Below, in pieces: positions 10,058 through 19,499 of a DNA stretch of 64,000 nt. This DNA comes from an uncultured Bacilli bacterium (GTDB taxonomy: Bacteria; Bacillota; UBA5301), in assembly GCA_964483175.1 (NCBI GenBank), contig CAZAAT010000001.1, forward strand, positions 7,292 to 71,291. Direction: 5' to 3'. The notes under the pieces were generated by a model. The model ran no database searches. It saw only the letters and a program-made list of their open reading frames with translations, and had not been told where the DNA came from. How positions within the stretch are numbered: the stretch's first letter is position 1; the number at the start of each line of letters is the position of its first letter. The translations under genes and the position numbers were made by a program.

Positions 10058-10446
10058 CTTTTCTTACGCTCCTTTACCTCAAGACGGCGCAGCTCCTTGA
10101 CTAACCTGCGCTTCTCGAGAATAAGTTCATTTAGTCGTTTAATCGCCTCTTCATCTGTCTTCCACCGTCTCCAACGCGGCATCCTAGTAGCTTGGACCAT
10201 TAACCATAAAATCCCCGGGGTTGCAATGCCAAAAATAAATAAATAGGCCAGAGGCCCTTGCCCAACCGAAAAATATACGAGGGTGAAGCCTAAGAGCCCC
10301 ACCAAAAACAAGCCGAGCGGACCCGCCGACCGCAAACCCCGACTGGGCTTTTGCTCTGTTGGGTCACGGCGAAGATCTGTAGTGGTTAACAGCTCTATCT
10401 CTCGAGTAAGATCAATAATCCGTTGTTGCAGCTCATCTTTTTTCAT
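10054..10446 (-). CDS. Hypothetical membrane protein with flanking coiled-coil/basic segments
   Basis: 130 aa with two central hydrophobic helices and charged coiled-coil termini. Overlaps the upstream gene by 4 nt. Confidence 0.4.
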   Translation of the reverse strand: MKKDELQQRIIDLTREIELLTTTDLRRDPTEQKPSRGLRSAGPLGLFLVGLLGFTLVYFSVGQGPLAYLFIFGIATPGILWLMVQATRMPRWRRWKTDEEAIKRLNELILEKRRLVKELRRLEVKERKKS

Positions 10447-10449
10447 CGG

Positions 10450-11448
10450 TTACACGCTCAATTCCCTGCTACGTTTTTTGGATCGCACCGTCTTAAATCG
10501 CAAATCATGGTGTGATTCGACAAAGCGCACCGTCCGAGTCTTGGCCCGCATTACGATAGAATGAGTAATCGCTCGATCCCCATGGTAACGGACACCCCGT
10601 AGTAGCTCGCCATCGGTAATTCCGGTAGCCGCAAATACAATCTGGTCACCGGAGGCGAGGTTTTCTGTGTAATAGATCTTGTCAGGATCAAAACCCTCTT
10701 GGATAGCATTCTCGCGAGCTTGGTCATCAGGGAACCACAACTTGGCCTGGATTTCCCCGCCCAAACACTTGAAAGCGGCAGCAGTTAAAACCCCCTCCGG
10801 AGCACCACCGATACCCATTAACATATCGACCCCGGTGTCAGGAAGGGCGGTGGAAATACTCCCCGCGACATCACCATCAGTAATTAATTTAATTCGTGCG
10901 CCGCAATCTCGAACCTCCTGAATCAGCTTGGCATGCCTGGGACGATCAAGAATCACTACCGTTAAGTCCCGGACTTTTTTGCGTAAAGTAGCCGCTACAA
11001 CTCTGAGGTTCTCGCGTACCGAGGCGTTGATATCAATCTGTCCCGCAGCCTCGGGTCCAACTGCGATCTTATTCATATACCAGGCGGTAATAGGCGCCAA
11101 AGATCCTTTTTTAGCAGCTACAAGCACCGATAACGCATTGGGCAATCCTAGGGCTACCAACCGTGTCCCTTCTAGCGGGTCTACCGCAATATCGACCTCT
11201 GGACCATCGCCATCCCACATTCCAACCCGTTCGCCTATATATAGCATGGGAGCCTTGTCTTTTTCTCCCTCACCAATAACTACGGTACCTTTAATGTTAA
11301 CGAGGTCTAACATCCCCCGCATTCCATCTACCGCTGCTTCATCTGCAGCCTCCTTATCGCCCCGGCCCATCAAACGGCCAGAGCGCAGCGCTGCTGTCTC
11401 CGTAACCCGTACGAAATCCAGCATAACTCCGCGTTCAATATCGACCAA
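10450..11448 (-). CDS. glpX: Fructose-1,6-bisphosphatase class II (GlpX)
   Basis: 332 aa; GlpX-family N-terminus VTETAALRSGRLMGRGDKEAADEAAVDGMR and metal-binding D/E motifs. Length is typical. Confidence 0.85.
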   Translation of the reverse strand: MVDIERGVMLDFVRVTETAALRSGRLMGRGDKEAADEAAVDGMRGMLDLVNIKGTVVIGEGEKDKAPMLYIGERVGMWDGDGPEVDIAVDPLEGTRLVALGLPNALSVLVAAKKGSLAPITAWYMNKIAVGPEAAGQIDINASVRENLRVVAATLRKKVRDLTVVILDRPRHAKLIQEVRDCGARIKLITDGDVAGSISTALPDTGVDMLMGIGGAPEGVLTAAAFKCLGGEIQAKLWFPDDQARENAIQEGFDPDKIYYTENLASGDQIVFAATGITDGELLRGVRYHGDRAITHSIVMRAKTRTVRFVESHHDLRFKTVRSKKRSRELSV

Positions 11449-11513
11449 AATAGTTCTCCCCCTAGCTAAATAGATACTATCTCAGATTATCCAAGCCCGC
11501 TGAATTTTCCTTC

Positions 11514-11545
11514 CAACAAGAAATAAAGCGACCATTTAAGGTCGC
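11514..11545 (-). terminator. Intrinsic terminator downstream of the 11563..11880 gene
   Basis: On the minus strand: GCGACC-uuaaau-GGUCGC followed by UUUAUUUCUUGUUGG; 18 nt after the TAA stop. Confidence 0.5.
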
Positions 11546-11562
11546 CAGAAAACTATCTTGCT

Positions 11563-11880
11563 TTAATACCTCTTGTGATGTTTGGTCTGTTCTTCTCCTT
11601 CGGGTGGACTGCCCAACTCGGCGGCAATCTCCTCCATGTAGCGCGCTCGAGAAATATCACTTGGGTCCAAAGTGGACCAGTGCCACCCCATAATCATCGG
11701 TAAGACAATACCATCTTCGACCCCTACCCGGTGTAAAGTAACCTCTTTAGATTCGCCCTGATCCTTATCCCGTCCGACTCTGAGTTCGCCCTTATCACCT
11801 GTCTTTCTCACAGTCTGACCTCCTTTGCCAAGCCAGGCTATACCTTTAGGTGTAGGGTGACCCGATAAGCACCCGGACAT
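11563..11880 (-). CDS. Hypothetical protein (105 aa)
   Basis: Intact ORF between the RsfA-like gene and a terminator. No recognisable domain. Confidence 0.4.
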   Translation of the reverse strand: MSGCLSGHPTPKGIAWLGKGGQTVRKTGDKGELRVGRDKDQGESKEVTLHRVGVEDGIVLPMIMGWHWSTLDPSDISRARYMEEIAAELGSPPEGEEQTKHHKRY

Positions 11881-11895
11881 GCAGGAGGATACTTC

Positions 11896-12627
11896 CTAAA
11901 CCGAACGTTTCAGCTTAACCACGTTTCCGAATTTATCTACTGTAACTTCTAGGCGGGAAGCAAAATCACCCAAGACTCTGATTTTATCCACCGAACTTAG
12001 CCGCATAAACTCGCTAAAAATCGCTTCCAAGTCATCGTAGACTTGGCGTAGCTCTTTTCGTTCCTCCTCCAAAGATTTCTGCTCGACTTTGACCTGCTCC
12101 AACAAGGCCTCCTTCTCAGCCTCTAACTGCGTTAACCGATCCTTTAAGCGAAGATTTTCTTGTCTGAGTTCATCCATTTTTTTGAAATTACCCAGAAATT
12201 CAGGCAATCCGATGGCGCGTTCCTCACGGAGCCCAGCCAACTCTGCCTTGATTAGCTCTAGCTCCCGTTCCAATTTTCTAGCCCTGTCAGGGAAATACTT
12301 TAGCGCCTCTAATAGATCATCTTGTAATCCATCCGCTTCCTTTTGGCTCGCTTCAGATGCCAGGATCTTCTTCAACTGGCCTTGCTTAGCTAGCCGACGA
12401 TATTCTTTTGGGTCAAGGTTTCGCTCCTTGAGTAGCTGGTAAAAGCGGTAAGCCAGCCCTCCCAGCGGGCGATCTAACTTCTCGGCCAAGGCCTCACGTT
12501 GGTTCTTATCAAACCAATTTTGTAATATTAGGTTGTCCTCCTCTTCGGTATAACGTCGCAACGTAGCGGTTTCTGACAAACTAAATCCCTCCCTAATCAG
12601 GTGCTTTAATATAAAGATGCCCAGCAT
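11896..12627 (-). CDS. RsfA-like Myb/SANT-domain transcription regulator with long C-terminal coiled coil (sporulation-associated family)
   Basis: N-terminal TEEEDNLILQNWFDKNQREALAEKL...LAYRFYQLL looks like a Myb-like HTH. The remainder is E/K/L-rich heptad coiled coil. Confidence 0.4.
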   Translation of the reverse strand: MLGIFILKHLIREGFSLSETATLRRYTEEEDNLILQNWFDKNQREALAEKLDRPLGGLAYRFYQLLKERNLDPKEYRRLAKQGQLKKILASEASQKEADGLQDDLLEALKYFPDRARKLERELELIKAELAGLREERAIGLPEFLGNFKKMDELRQENLRLKDRLTQLEAEKEALLEQVKVEQKSLEEERKELRQVYDDLEAIFSEFMRLSSVDKIRVLGDFASRLEVTVDKFGNVVKLKRSV

Positions 12628-12745
12628 TCGGAAAATAATACCATCATAAACAGTGCTATGATCGATTAGGGAGATTTATGACAAAATTGGTCTGAGCAGG
12701 AAAAGCACTCGGCAAGCAAGAAAAAGGTACGCGGAGGTGATTCTA

Positions 12746-13147
12746 ATGGCAGAGTGGACACCAGATTTGGCTGTTGGCATACCCAAGATTGATGAGCAGC
12801 ATCAAGAGTTATACCGTCAAATTAATAAACTAATCGATGCGTGCAATGAAGGAAAAGGCAAAGAAGCTGTCGGTGAGGTCATTACCTTTCTCGGAGACTA
12901 TGTTGTCCGGCACTTTAAATGCGAAGAAGAGTACATGCAAAAACATAACTATCCTGAGTTTGCAAAACACAAGGCCATACATGATGCCTTTGTGCAAAGC
13001 TTTCTTGACTTAAAAGCAAAATTTGAGAACGAGGGTCCTGGGATCCACATCGTGGTCCTAACCAATCGAGTTGTGGTAGACTGGCTAAACAATCACATCT
13101 CGAAGACGGATAAAGCTCTAGGATCCTTCTTAAAGACTAAAATTTAG
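12746..13147 (+). CDS. Hemerythrin-like metal-binding domain protein (bacteriohemerythrin)
   Basis: MAEWTPDLAVGIPKIDEQHQELYRQINKL... with His/Glu ligand pattern (H..H, HxxxE, H..D) of hemerythrin. ATG at 12746 has GGAGG 7 nt upstream, so the GTG at 12737 in the ORF track is less likely. Confidence 0.7.
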   Translation: MAEWTPDLAVGIPKIDEQHQELYRQINKLIDACNEGKGKEAVGEVITFLGDYVVRHFKCEEEYMQKHNYPEFAKHKAIHDAFVQSFLDLKAKFENEGPGIHIVVLTNRVVVDWLNNHISKTDKALGSFLKTKI

Positions 13148-14060
13148 TATTCACGAACCAATTGTAGGTTTGGGCAATTCCATCTAGGAGATCGATTTCG
13201 GCCTGCCAATTGAGGCAGGCTTTTGCATTTTTCGGATCCAAACAGCTATGGATAATTTCACCCGAACGAGACGGAGCATATTCACATCGCGCCGAATCAC
13301 CCACAACCTGCCTGAACAGATCAAAAAGTTTATTAATCGAAATTCGCTCACCGGTGCTGATATTAAAGATTCCATCACAGTTAGCATGCAGCGCGGCTAA
13401 ATTGGCCTTGGCTACATCCTGGACATAAATAAAGTCTCGCGTTTGCTCGCCATCGCCAAAGATGGTTACTGGCTTGCCGGCAGCTAAACGGCTTGAAAAG
13501 ATCGCCACCACACCACCTTCACCGCTGGCATTTTGTCTGGGTCCGTAGACATTCGCGTACCGGAGGATAGTATAATGGCTATTTGCAGCTGCGGCAAATA
13601 AGCGTAGATAGTGCTCGGGAGCGTATTTGCTGACCCCATAGGGAGAAAGTGGCTCGATCTTGACATCTTCGGCAAGGGGCAACATAACCGGATCTCCATA
13701 AATAGCTGCAGAAGAGGCATAGACTATCCTTTTCACTCCACCCCGGTAAGCTGCTTGAAAAAGATTGATACTGCCAAGAATATTCGTCGATGCGTCCACC
13801 ACCGGGTTCGTCAAAGATGTAGCCACATCTACTTGGGCGGCAAGATGGATCAGATAATCCGGCCTAACCGCCTCAACGACCTGCCGGACTTCGTCAAAAT
13901 CAGTTAGGTCAACATGAAAAAACGTTGCCTCCTGGGAAAGATTACTCAACCGGCCCGTGCTCAAGTTATCGATGATCGAAACTGTATATCCCTGCGCACA
14001 AAGCAAATCTGCGACATGTGAACCAATAAAGCCTGCGCCCCCAGTTACCAGGACTTTCAA
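13137..14060 (-). CDS. NAD-dependent epimerase/dehydratase (UDP-glucose 4-epimerase GalE-like SDR)
   Basis: N-terminal Rossmann motif VLVTGGAGFIGSH and YxxxK catalytic pair. 307 aa. Confidence 0.8.
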   Translation of the reverse strand: MKVLVTGGAGFIGSHVADLLCAQGYTVSIIDNLSTGRLSNLSQEATFFHVDLTDFDEVRQVVEAVRPDYLIHLAAQVDVATSLTNPVVDASTNILGSINLFQAAYRGGVKRIVYASSAAIYGDPVMLPLAEDVKIEPLSPYGVSKYAPEHYLRLFAAAANSHYTILRYANVYGPRQNASGEGGVVAIFSSRLAAGKPVTIFGDGEQTRDFIYVQDVAKANLAALHANCDGIFNISTGERISINKLFDLFRQVVGDSARCEYAPSRSGEIIHSCLDPKNAKACLNWQAEIDLLDGIAQTYNWFVNTKF

Positions 14061-14179
14061 AGCTAGCCCCCCCTTATTTACCCCACTTCGTTATCTGGCT
14101 ATGATTTCCTCTGTTCCCATCCTAGCGATACTCCACATATAATAATCTGGTTTTACTTTTAGGGCAAGGAGTGGTCTAG

Positions 14180-14524
14180 ATGCAGAAGAAGCACCTCTTT
14201 GATCTGCAGTTTTTTGCCGACAATGAAACCGATAACGAGGTAACAGACAAGCCCGGCAAGCCTAAGCGAAAAACGCCGACCAAACGAGAAACGGCTGTTC
14301 CAAAGAAAAGCCGTTCATATAATACCCGTAAGAAGAAAAAAAAGATTGTTCCTGATTTTGATGAAGATAACCTGATCCGTTATGTGGTTCAACCCGGAGA
14401 TACGATTTATAAGCTCGCTCGTAGGTTTCATTCAACTCCACGGCAAATTTGCGAGCTAAATAACCTGCATAAACCAACCCTGCTCGTCCCGGGCGATGTT
14501 ATTGTGTTGCCGGAAGACTTCTAA
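14180..14524 (+). CDS. Small LysM-domain protein with lysine-rich N-terminal tail
   Basis: C-terminal LysM VVQPGDTIYKLARRFHSTPRQICELNNL...GDVIVLP and basic N-terminal half. RBS AAGGAG. Confidence 0.6.
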   Translation: MQKKHLFDLQFFADNETDNEVTDKPGKPKRKTPTKRETAVPKKSRSYNTRKKKKKIVPDFDEDNLIRYVVQPGDTIYKLARRFHSTPRQICELNNLHKPTLLVPGDVIVLPEDF

Positions 14525-14540
14525 AGCCAGGTAAAATGAA

Positions 14541-14588
14541 GGGGCTGTCTCAAAAAATTATCAGTATTGAGACAGCCCTCTATTTTTA
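14541..14588. terminator. Bidirectional intrinsic terminator between convergent LysM genes
   Basis: 12-bp perfect inverted repeat GGGCTGTCTCAA-(13 nt)-TTGAGACAGCCC flanked by T-run (TCTATTTTT) on the plus side and A-run on the minus side. Confidence 0.6.
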
Positions 14589-16256
14589 GAATGTTGACGG
14601 GATGCGCAGGCGTTGTCCGGTTGTGAGTTCTTCAGCGTCACCGAGTTTATTATATGCCGCCAGATACTCAACCGTCGTCCCATACTTGCGAGCAAGTTTC
14701 CACAAGGTATCGCCCTTCTGGACTACAACAACTCTGATGCTGGCCGAGTCTTTCGGCGCCGGTACCGCTACAGCAGCCTCCAAGACAATCTCTCTTTGAA
14801 CTAGATCACAGACTTCAATATTGAAGATGGTGAGTAAATTTGCCTCTAAGGTAAAGGGATCAACGATACTTACCGCCACAGTCGGAACTTCTGCATCTAC
14901 TTTCACCAACATTCCGGGCTCGATGCCGGGCAGGTCGATAATCTCCTTAAAATCAAAGCCTTTATCGATAACAAGATGATCGACGGTTTCTTCGCCAAGC
15001 TCATTTTCCCCTAAGTACAATAGGTCAAGAAGCACCTTGCCAGCGACCGTGAGTTTATCTTGAGCAACCTTACACTGGCTGATGACGGGTTTAGCTGCGC
15101 TAAAGAGAAGCTCCTTTAACTCTGCTTTGGCAGCGGAGATGCCAGGATTTCCGGAAACAACTAGTTCTTTAGCGGTACCGGCAATTCTTTGCGGCACCAT
15201 CAGCATCCGACGGTTCAAGTCAATCCGCTCATCCCCGTCGAGTTCCGCGGCTATTACCGCTTCCAGCAACAGCTCTTGGGCTACCTTACCCTGACCCTTT
15301 AGTTTCACCGTTAACTCGACTGTATTACCAGCTGCAACTGTAGCTCCAACTCCGGTCACAAAAACCCGGGCTTCGACCTTCTTTTCGGGGTTTGCTCCGA
15401 CCAAGTCTGCATTGAGGACAAATTTAATGGCATTACGAATGACCTTATTGGCAATTTTGGGTACTACCGGAGCCGGGGTCTCCACGAAATCAATTGAAAA
15501 CTCGTCGACTTGACCTTCGCCCTCTTCTGAAGTAGGTGGCTCAGGTTCGGGAACTGCTGCCGGTTGGGCGGGAACATAGGCCAATTCCACGTCCAAGCTG
15601 CCTTCGATGACCACCTTCCCAGCTAAGCAACGGCTGTTCTCGACCCTTGGTTTGAGCCCGACCCGAATCAACTCCGCGATTGGCAGATCGCTCTGGGCGA
15701 GGCTAATGGCTGCATCAAGCGTTTTTTCAATCGTAACGGTACCGACAAAATCTTTGACCTCAAAACTATCTTTGCTAACCTGGACTTTTTTGTCAACGGC
15801 AGTGATGTCGGTGACCAAACCAGTTTCCTGGATCCGTACGGCTTCGACCTCGTAGGCCAAGACAACATCGCAGTTAATTGCCCCATCTTTACCAACTGCC
15901 GCTGTGATTGTCTCCACCTCGACCACCGCTGATACAAGGGCATCTGGGGTAATATCAGCGACTTCTGCTGGAATGGTGAACTCGAGGGCTTGCGGGAATG
16001 CAACTCCCTTGTAAAGCACTTCGGCCCCTTGCTGTGACTGGTACATCAGCATGATATCCACTGTTCCTGCCAACACTACCTGGCCGAACTCGACAACCGG
16101 CTCACCAAAATCGACTATGCCCTCCGCATAGACGACCTTTACTATACCTGGATATCCAGCAGGCAGCTGTAGTGAGCATTCTTCAATAATATTGCCTTCA
16201 GTGCCACTCAGCGGAATCGGTATTTTCAGCGCCCGCTCCTGGACATTGATGCTCAT
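14586..16256 (-). CDS. SpoVID-like spore-coat morphogenetic protein (N-terminal SPOCS/DUF3794-type repeats, C-terminal LysM)
   Basis: 556 aa; C-terminal LysM IRVVVVQKGDTLWKLARKYGTTVEYLAAYNKL...GQRLRIP. The long N-terminal region is acidic and V/E-rich, as in SpoVID/SafA SPOCS domains. Architecture and length match SpoVID. Confidence 0.45.
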   Translation of the reverse strand: MSINVQERALKIPIPLSGTEGNIIEECSLQLPAGYPGIVKVVYAEGIVDFGEPVVEFGQVVLAGTVDIMLMYQSQQGAEVLYKGVAFPQALEFTIPAEVADITPDALVSAVVEVETITAAVGKDGAINCDVVLAYEVEAVRIQETGLVTDITAVDKKVQVSKDSFEVKDFVGTVTIEKTLDAAISLAQSDLPIAELIRVGLKPRVENSRCLAGKVVIEGSLDVELAYVPAQPAAVPEPEPPTSEEGEGQVDEFSIDFVETPAPVVPKIANKVIRNAIKFVLNADLVGANPEKKVEARVFVTGVGATVAAGNTVELTVKLKGQGKVAQELLLEAVIAAELDGDERIDLNRRMLMVPQRIAGTAKELVVSGNPGISAAKAELKELLFSAAKPVISQCKVAQDKLTVAGKVLLDLLYLGENELGEETVDHLVIDKGFDFKEIIDLPGIEPGMLVKVDAEVPTVAVSIVDPFTLEANLLTIFNIEVCDLVQREIVLEAAVAVPAPKDSASIRVVVVQKGDTLWKLARKYGTTVEYLAAYNKLGDAEELTTGQRLRIPSTF

Positions 16257-16290
16257 GCTCCTTCCCCCTTTATCAAACTATCTGTACATC

Positions 16291-17406
16291 CTATGAATCA
16301 GATAGCGAATTTATATCACCACTAAGAAACTCTTCGCGCAAGCTCGCCCAGATAGATTCTCCTTCCCTGCCAAACCCTAAAATCACAGCGCCACCGAGAT
16401 TATATTTGTTCACCAAGGAAATGCATTCACGATTTCTCCTAGTGCTAGGGGCCGAATGTAAGCCCAGGAGTATCTGCCAGCACCCTACTTCGCGTAGCAC
16501 CCGGCGGATTCCTGAGCGAAAATCTGTGGTCGTTGGCTCAGGTTGGAGCAAGATCCACCGACACCACCTGGCTAAATCTTGGTAATCAAGTGAAATGGCT
16601 CTTGAATCTGTCGGTAGGGGAAGAGCCGCGGCCAATTGCAGCTCAGGTAAGCTGGCACTCAGCCGCTTAAAAAAGCGATTTAAATAGAAGCGATGCCGGG
16701 CGAGAACCGTAGTAGGCATCATCACGACCACCCCGTTGGACCCGACTGAACGTACAGCTCTGGCTACTTCGTGAATTGCTCGGTCAAGATTTTTCCGTAC
16801 GAAAAGGAGGTTCTCTAGTTCAGAGCGATCTGAAGGTAAATCAATAGCTAACCACAGCTCTATTTGGTGTTGTTTAACCCAGTTTTGCAAATCCTCACGC
16901 AGGTAAATGGAGCCTACCAACCCATTCTGCGCCGTAAGGGCAAGCCCCGCCGAAATCACCGCATCAAGTCGATTTACATGGCGGAAAAGACTTTCCGCCG
17001 GCTGAGATGCCGAAGAACAAAAACCGACCACTAGGCGCTTTGGGATCCTCAGCACTTGGCCGGCAGAGACACGGAAATCAGGAAGTTTGTTAATTTCGAT
17101 GATTACCCTCGGTGAGAGAGCATACTGGTTGGAAATGGTTCGCAAGTCCTCTTCGGGTTTAACCCGGTGGATCAAAAACTTTGATTCGAGCCGCGAGTTG
17201 AGCAGAGCAGCAGTCTTGGCGCCGACTATACCATCCGGAGTCAACTGAAAATCGCGCTGAAATGCTTGGACAGCCTCCTCAGTCACCAGCCCAAACTCCC
17301 CATCCGCCACTCCAACCTCGTATCCTAATTTGGCTAGCGAATGTTGGATCTGCTTGACCCGACGACCTTTATCACCATATTTGACACTTCGGCTCTGTCC
17401 AAACAT
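16291..17406 (-). CDS. Peptidoglycan-binding (PG_binding_1) + LysM + GH18-like domain protein (YaaH/SleL-like spore cortex hydrolase family, catalytic motif not evident)
   Basis: N-terminal KYGDKGRRVKQIQHSLAKLGY...DGEFGLVTEEAVQAFQ (PG_binding_1), then a LysM-like segment (VKPEEDLRTISNQY...GQVLRIP), then a C-terminal region ending ...YNLGGAVILGFGRE typical of GH18 folds. DxxDxDxE was not found. Start moved to ATG 17406, which has GGGGAGGGTGG upstream; the longest ORF start at 17454 has no RBS. Confidence 0.45.
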   Translation of the reverse strand: MFGQSRSVKYGDKGRRVKQIQHSLAKLGYEVGVADGEFGLVTEEAVQAFQRDFQLTPDGIVGAKTAALLNSRLESKFLIHRVKPEEDLRTISNQYALSPRVIIEINKLPDFRVSAGQVLRIPKRLVVGFCSSASQPAESLFRHVNRLDAVISAGLALTAQNGLVGSIYLREDLQNWVKQHQIELWLAIDLPSDRSELENLLFVRKNLDRAIHEVARAVRSVGSNGVVVMMPTTVLARHRFYLNRFFKRLSASLPELQLAAALPLPTDSRAISLDYQDLARWCRWILLQPEPTTTDFRSGIRRVLREVGCWQILLGLHSAPSTRRNRECISLVNKYNLGGAVILGFGREGESIWASLREEFLSGDINSLSDS

Positions 17407-17490
17407 CAAAAACCACCCTCCCCAAAGCGGCATTGCTAAGCCACCAGCCAGCATATGCGCTAATAAGGAGGGTGGTGCGAGTCCTACTAT

Positions 17491-19461
17491 TTATCCGGCG
17501 ATATTTTCACCTTTGAGGTCAACGTCGCCGAAGAAGTGAGGTAGAGCCTCACTAACCGAAGCAACCGGGATAATCTCAACCCCCCGGATGTTTGGTGGAA
17601 TATCGGAGGTATTTTCCTGCGGGATTAAAACCTTTTTAATGCCGGCTTGTTTAGCCCCATAAATCTTCTCGTAAACCCCACCGACCGGCCTAATCTTGCC
17701 CTGAATCGAGATCTCACCAGTCATCGCTACATTCTGATGGATCGGCCAACCTTCAATAGCACTGATTATCGCAATCAGAATGGCAGCCCCGGCAGAAGGG
17801 CCGTCGATCCGGCCGCCGCCCACCACATTCACATGAACATCATAATCCCTGATCTCCTTACCGGTTAGCCGCCGCAGTACCGAAGCCGCATTAAATACTG
17901 AATCTTTGGCCATGCTTCCGGCGGTCTCGTTGAATCGCAGCTGGCCCTTGCCCGTCTCTCGGGCTGGAAAAGCTACAGCTTCAATCTCAATTACCGAACC
18001 GATAAACCCTGCTACCCCGAGGCCAAAGATATGTCCGACCTCTCTGGTATCAGATCCCTTCAAAGTGACATAAGGTGTCAGCCGGGAAGACTGGAAAACC
18101 TCGGTCAAGTCGGCGATGCTAATCTCGACCCTTTGCTCGAGCTCCTCGGTGGATTCGGAGCTACTGTTCAAACGATAAAGAGCGATCCCGTAAGCATCAG
18201 CCAATAATCGAGTAGCCTGGCGCCCCTCAATGGTATAATCGGCAATCAGTTCTGCCACCCCAGGTTCGAGTTGAGCCCCGATTCGTTCAGCCGATTCCTT
18301 GACGATCTGCTGAACATGGATCGGCGTCAAAGGTTCGAAGTAAATCTCGGCGCACCTAGATCGTAAAGCCGGGTTGATCTCGGAAGGTTCTCTGGTTGTA
18401 GCACCGATTAGAATAAAATCAGCTGGTGCTCCTTCTTCGAATAGTTTCTTAATGTATTTCGGGATGTTGGGATCCTCCGGATCATAATAAGCTGAATCAA
18501 AATATACCCGCTTATCCTCCAAGACCTTTAGCAGTTTATTCTGCAGCATCAGATCCATCTCACCAATTTCGTCGATGAACAGAATGCCACCATGTGCCTC
18601 TGTAACTAAGCCCGGTTTTGGCTCCGGAATGCCGCTTTCAGCTAAGTCACGCCGCGCCCCCTGGTAAATCGGATCATGAACAGAACCTAGCAAGGGGTTG
18701 GTAACCTCCCGCGGATCCCAGCGTAATGTCGTTCCATCGACCTCTACAAACTTGGCCGTCTCGTCAAACGGGGTATATTTTAATTGTTTGGCAGCTTCTA
18801 AGGCCAACCGCGCAACCGTGGTCTTGCCTACCCCTGGTGGTCCGTACAAGATTACATGCTGCGGAAACGGAGAAGCAATCTTAGACATAATCCCTCGTAC
18901 CGCCCGGTCTTGACCGACAACCTCGGCAATAGTCTTGGGTCGGAAGGCCTCCACAGCCGATTTGGAGAGAGCCTTCTGTTCAAGAATCTCTAATTCAGCG
19001 TACTTTTTCAGGGTCTGGGCATTATCCGGCCCGGCATCTTCTTTAAGCACCTGCATCCGAATTTCTCGGACATATTCCTCATGGCGCTCTTGCATCTTTT
19101 CGGCAATTTTCTTTTCAATCTGCTCCTCAACCGTGCGACGAGCCAATATTTCGGCGATTTCAGTCTGAAGCTCATCCAAGATCTGCGGAATCTCATCATG
19201 ACGAGGCAGATCCTCAATGGTTGGATCTTCAAAAATAATCCGCTCCAGCGCTAACACCCGATCTCGAACGTCATCTGAACGCATCAAGTGCAAAGCCTCT
19301 AATTTGCCGGCCCGCAGGACCAAACGGTCAGAACCAAAAATATCCGAAAGCAAACCAAAGAGCGCATTGACTTGCAGAACCAACTGATCTTCGGATAAAA
19401 AATCTCGCCCAAATACGTCCTTCTCTTCCCCTTTACGAAACCGTTCAACAAAACCCCTCAT
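17491..19461 (-). CDS. Lon-family ATP-dependent protease (AAA+ module plus S16 Ser-Lys protease domain; LonB/LonC-like)
   Basis: Walker A ILYGPPGVGKTT, sensor/arginine-finger region, and C-terminal protease motif IDGPSAGAAILIAIISA. 656 aa. Confidence 0.8.
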   Translation of the reverse strand: MRGFVERFRKGEEKDVFGRDFLSEDQLVLQVNALFGLLSDIFGSDRLVLRAGKLEALHLMRSDDVRDRVLALERIIFEDPTIEDLPRHDEIPQILDELQTEIAEILARRTVEEQIEKKIAEKMQERHEEYVREIRMQVLKEDAGPDNAQTLKKYAELEILEQKALSKSAVEAFRPKTIAEVVGQDRAVRGIMSKIASPFPQHVILYGPPGVGKTTVARLALEAAKQLKYTPFDETAKFVEVDGTTLRWDPREVTNPLLGSVHDPIYQGARRDLAESGIPEPKPGLVTEAHGGILFIDEIGEMDLMLQNKLLKVLEDKRVYFDSAYYDPEDPNIPKYIKKLFEEGAPADFILIGATTREPSEINPALRSRCAEIYFEPLTPIHVQQIVKESAERIGAQLEPGVAELIADYTIEGRQATRLLADAYGIALYRLNSSSESTEELEQRVEISIADLTEVFQSSRLTPYVTLKGSDTREVGHIFGLGVAGFIGSVIEIEAVAFPARETGKGQLRFNETAGSMAKDSVFNAASVLRRLTGKEIRDYDVHVNVVGGGRIDGPSAGAAILIAIISAIEGWPIHQNVAMTGEISIQGKIRPVGGVYEKIYGAKQAGIKKVLIPQENTSDIPPNIRGVEIIPVASVSEALPHFFGDVDLKGENIAG

Positions 19462-19499
19462 GGCAAACCCCTCTCTTGCTTGCCATCCGTAGCAATTGG

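Noticed and set aside
12089-12442. Plus-strand ORF antisense to the RsfA-like gene, and similar antisense ORFs (e.g. 26035..26424, 35890..36075, 60814..61287)
   Set aside because: Antisense to strong protein-coding genes, compositionally biased (Ser/Arg/Ala-rich), and lacking RBSs.
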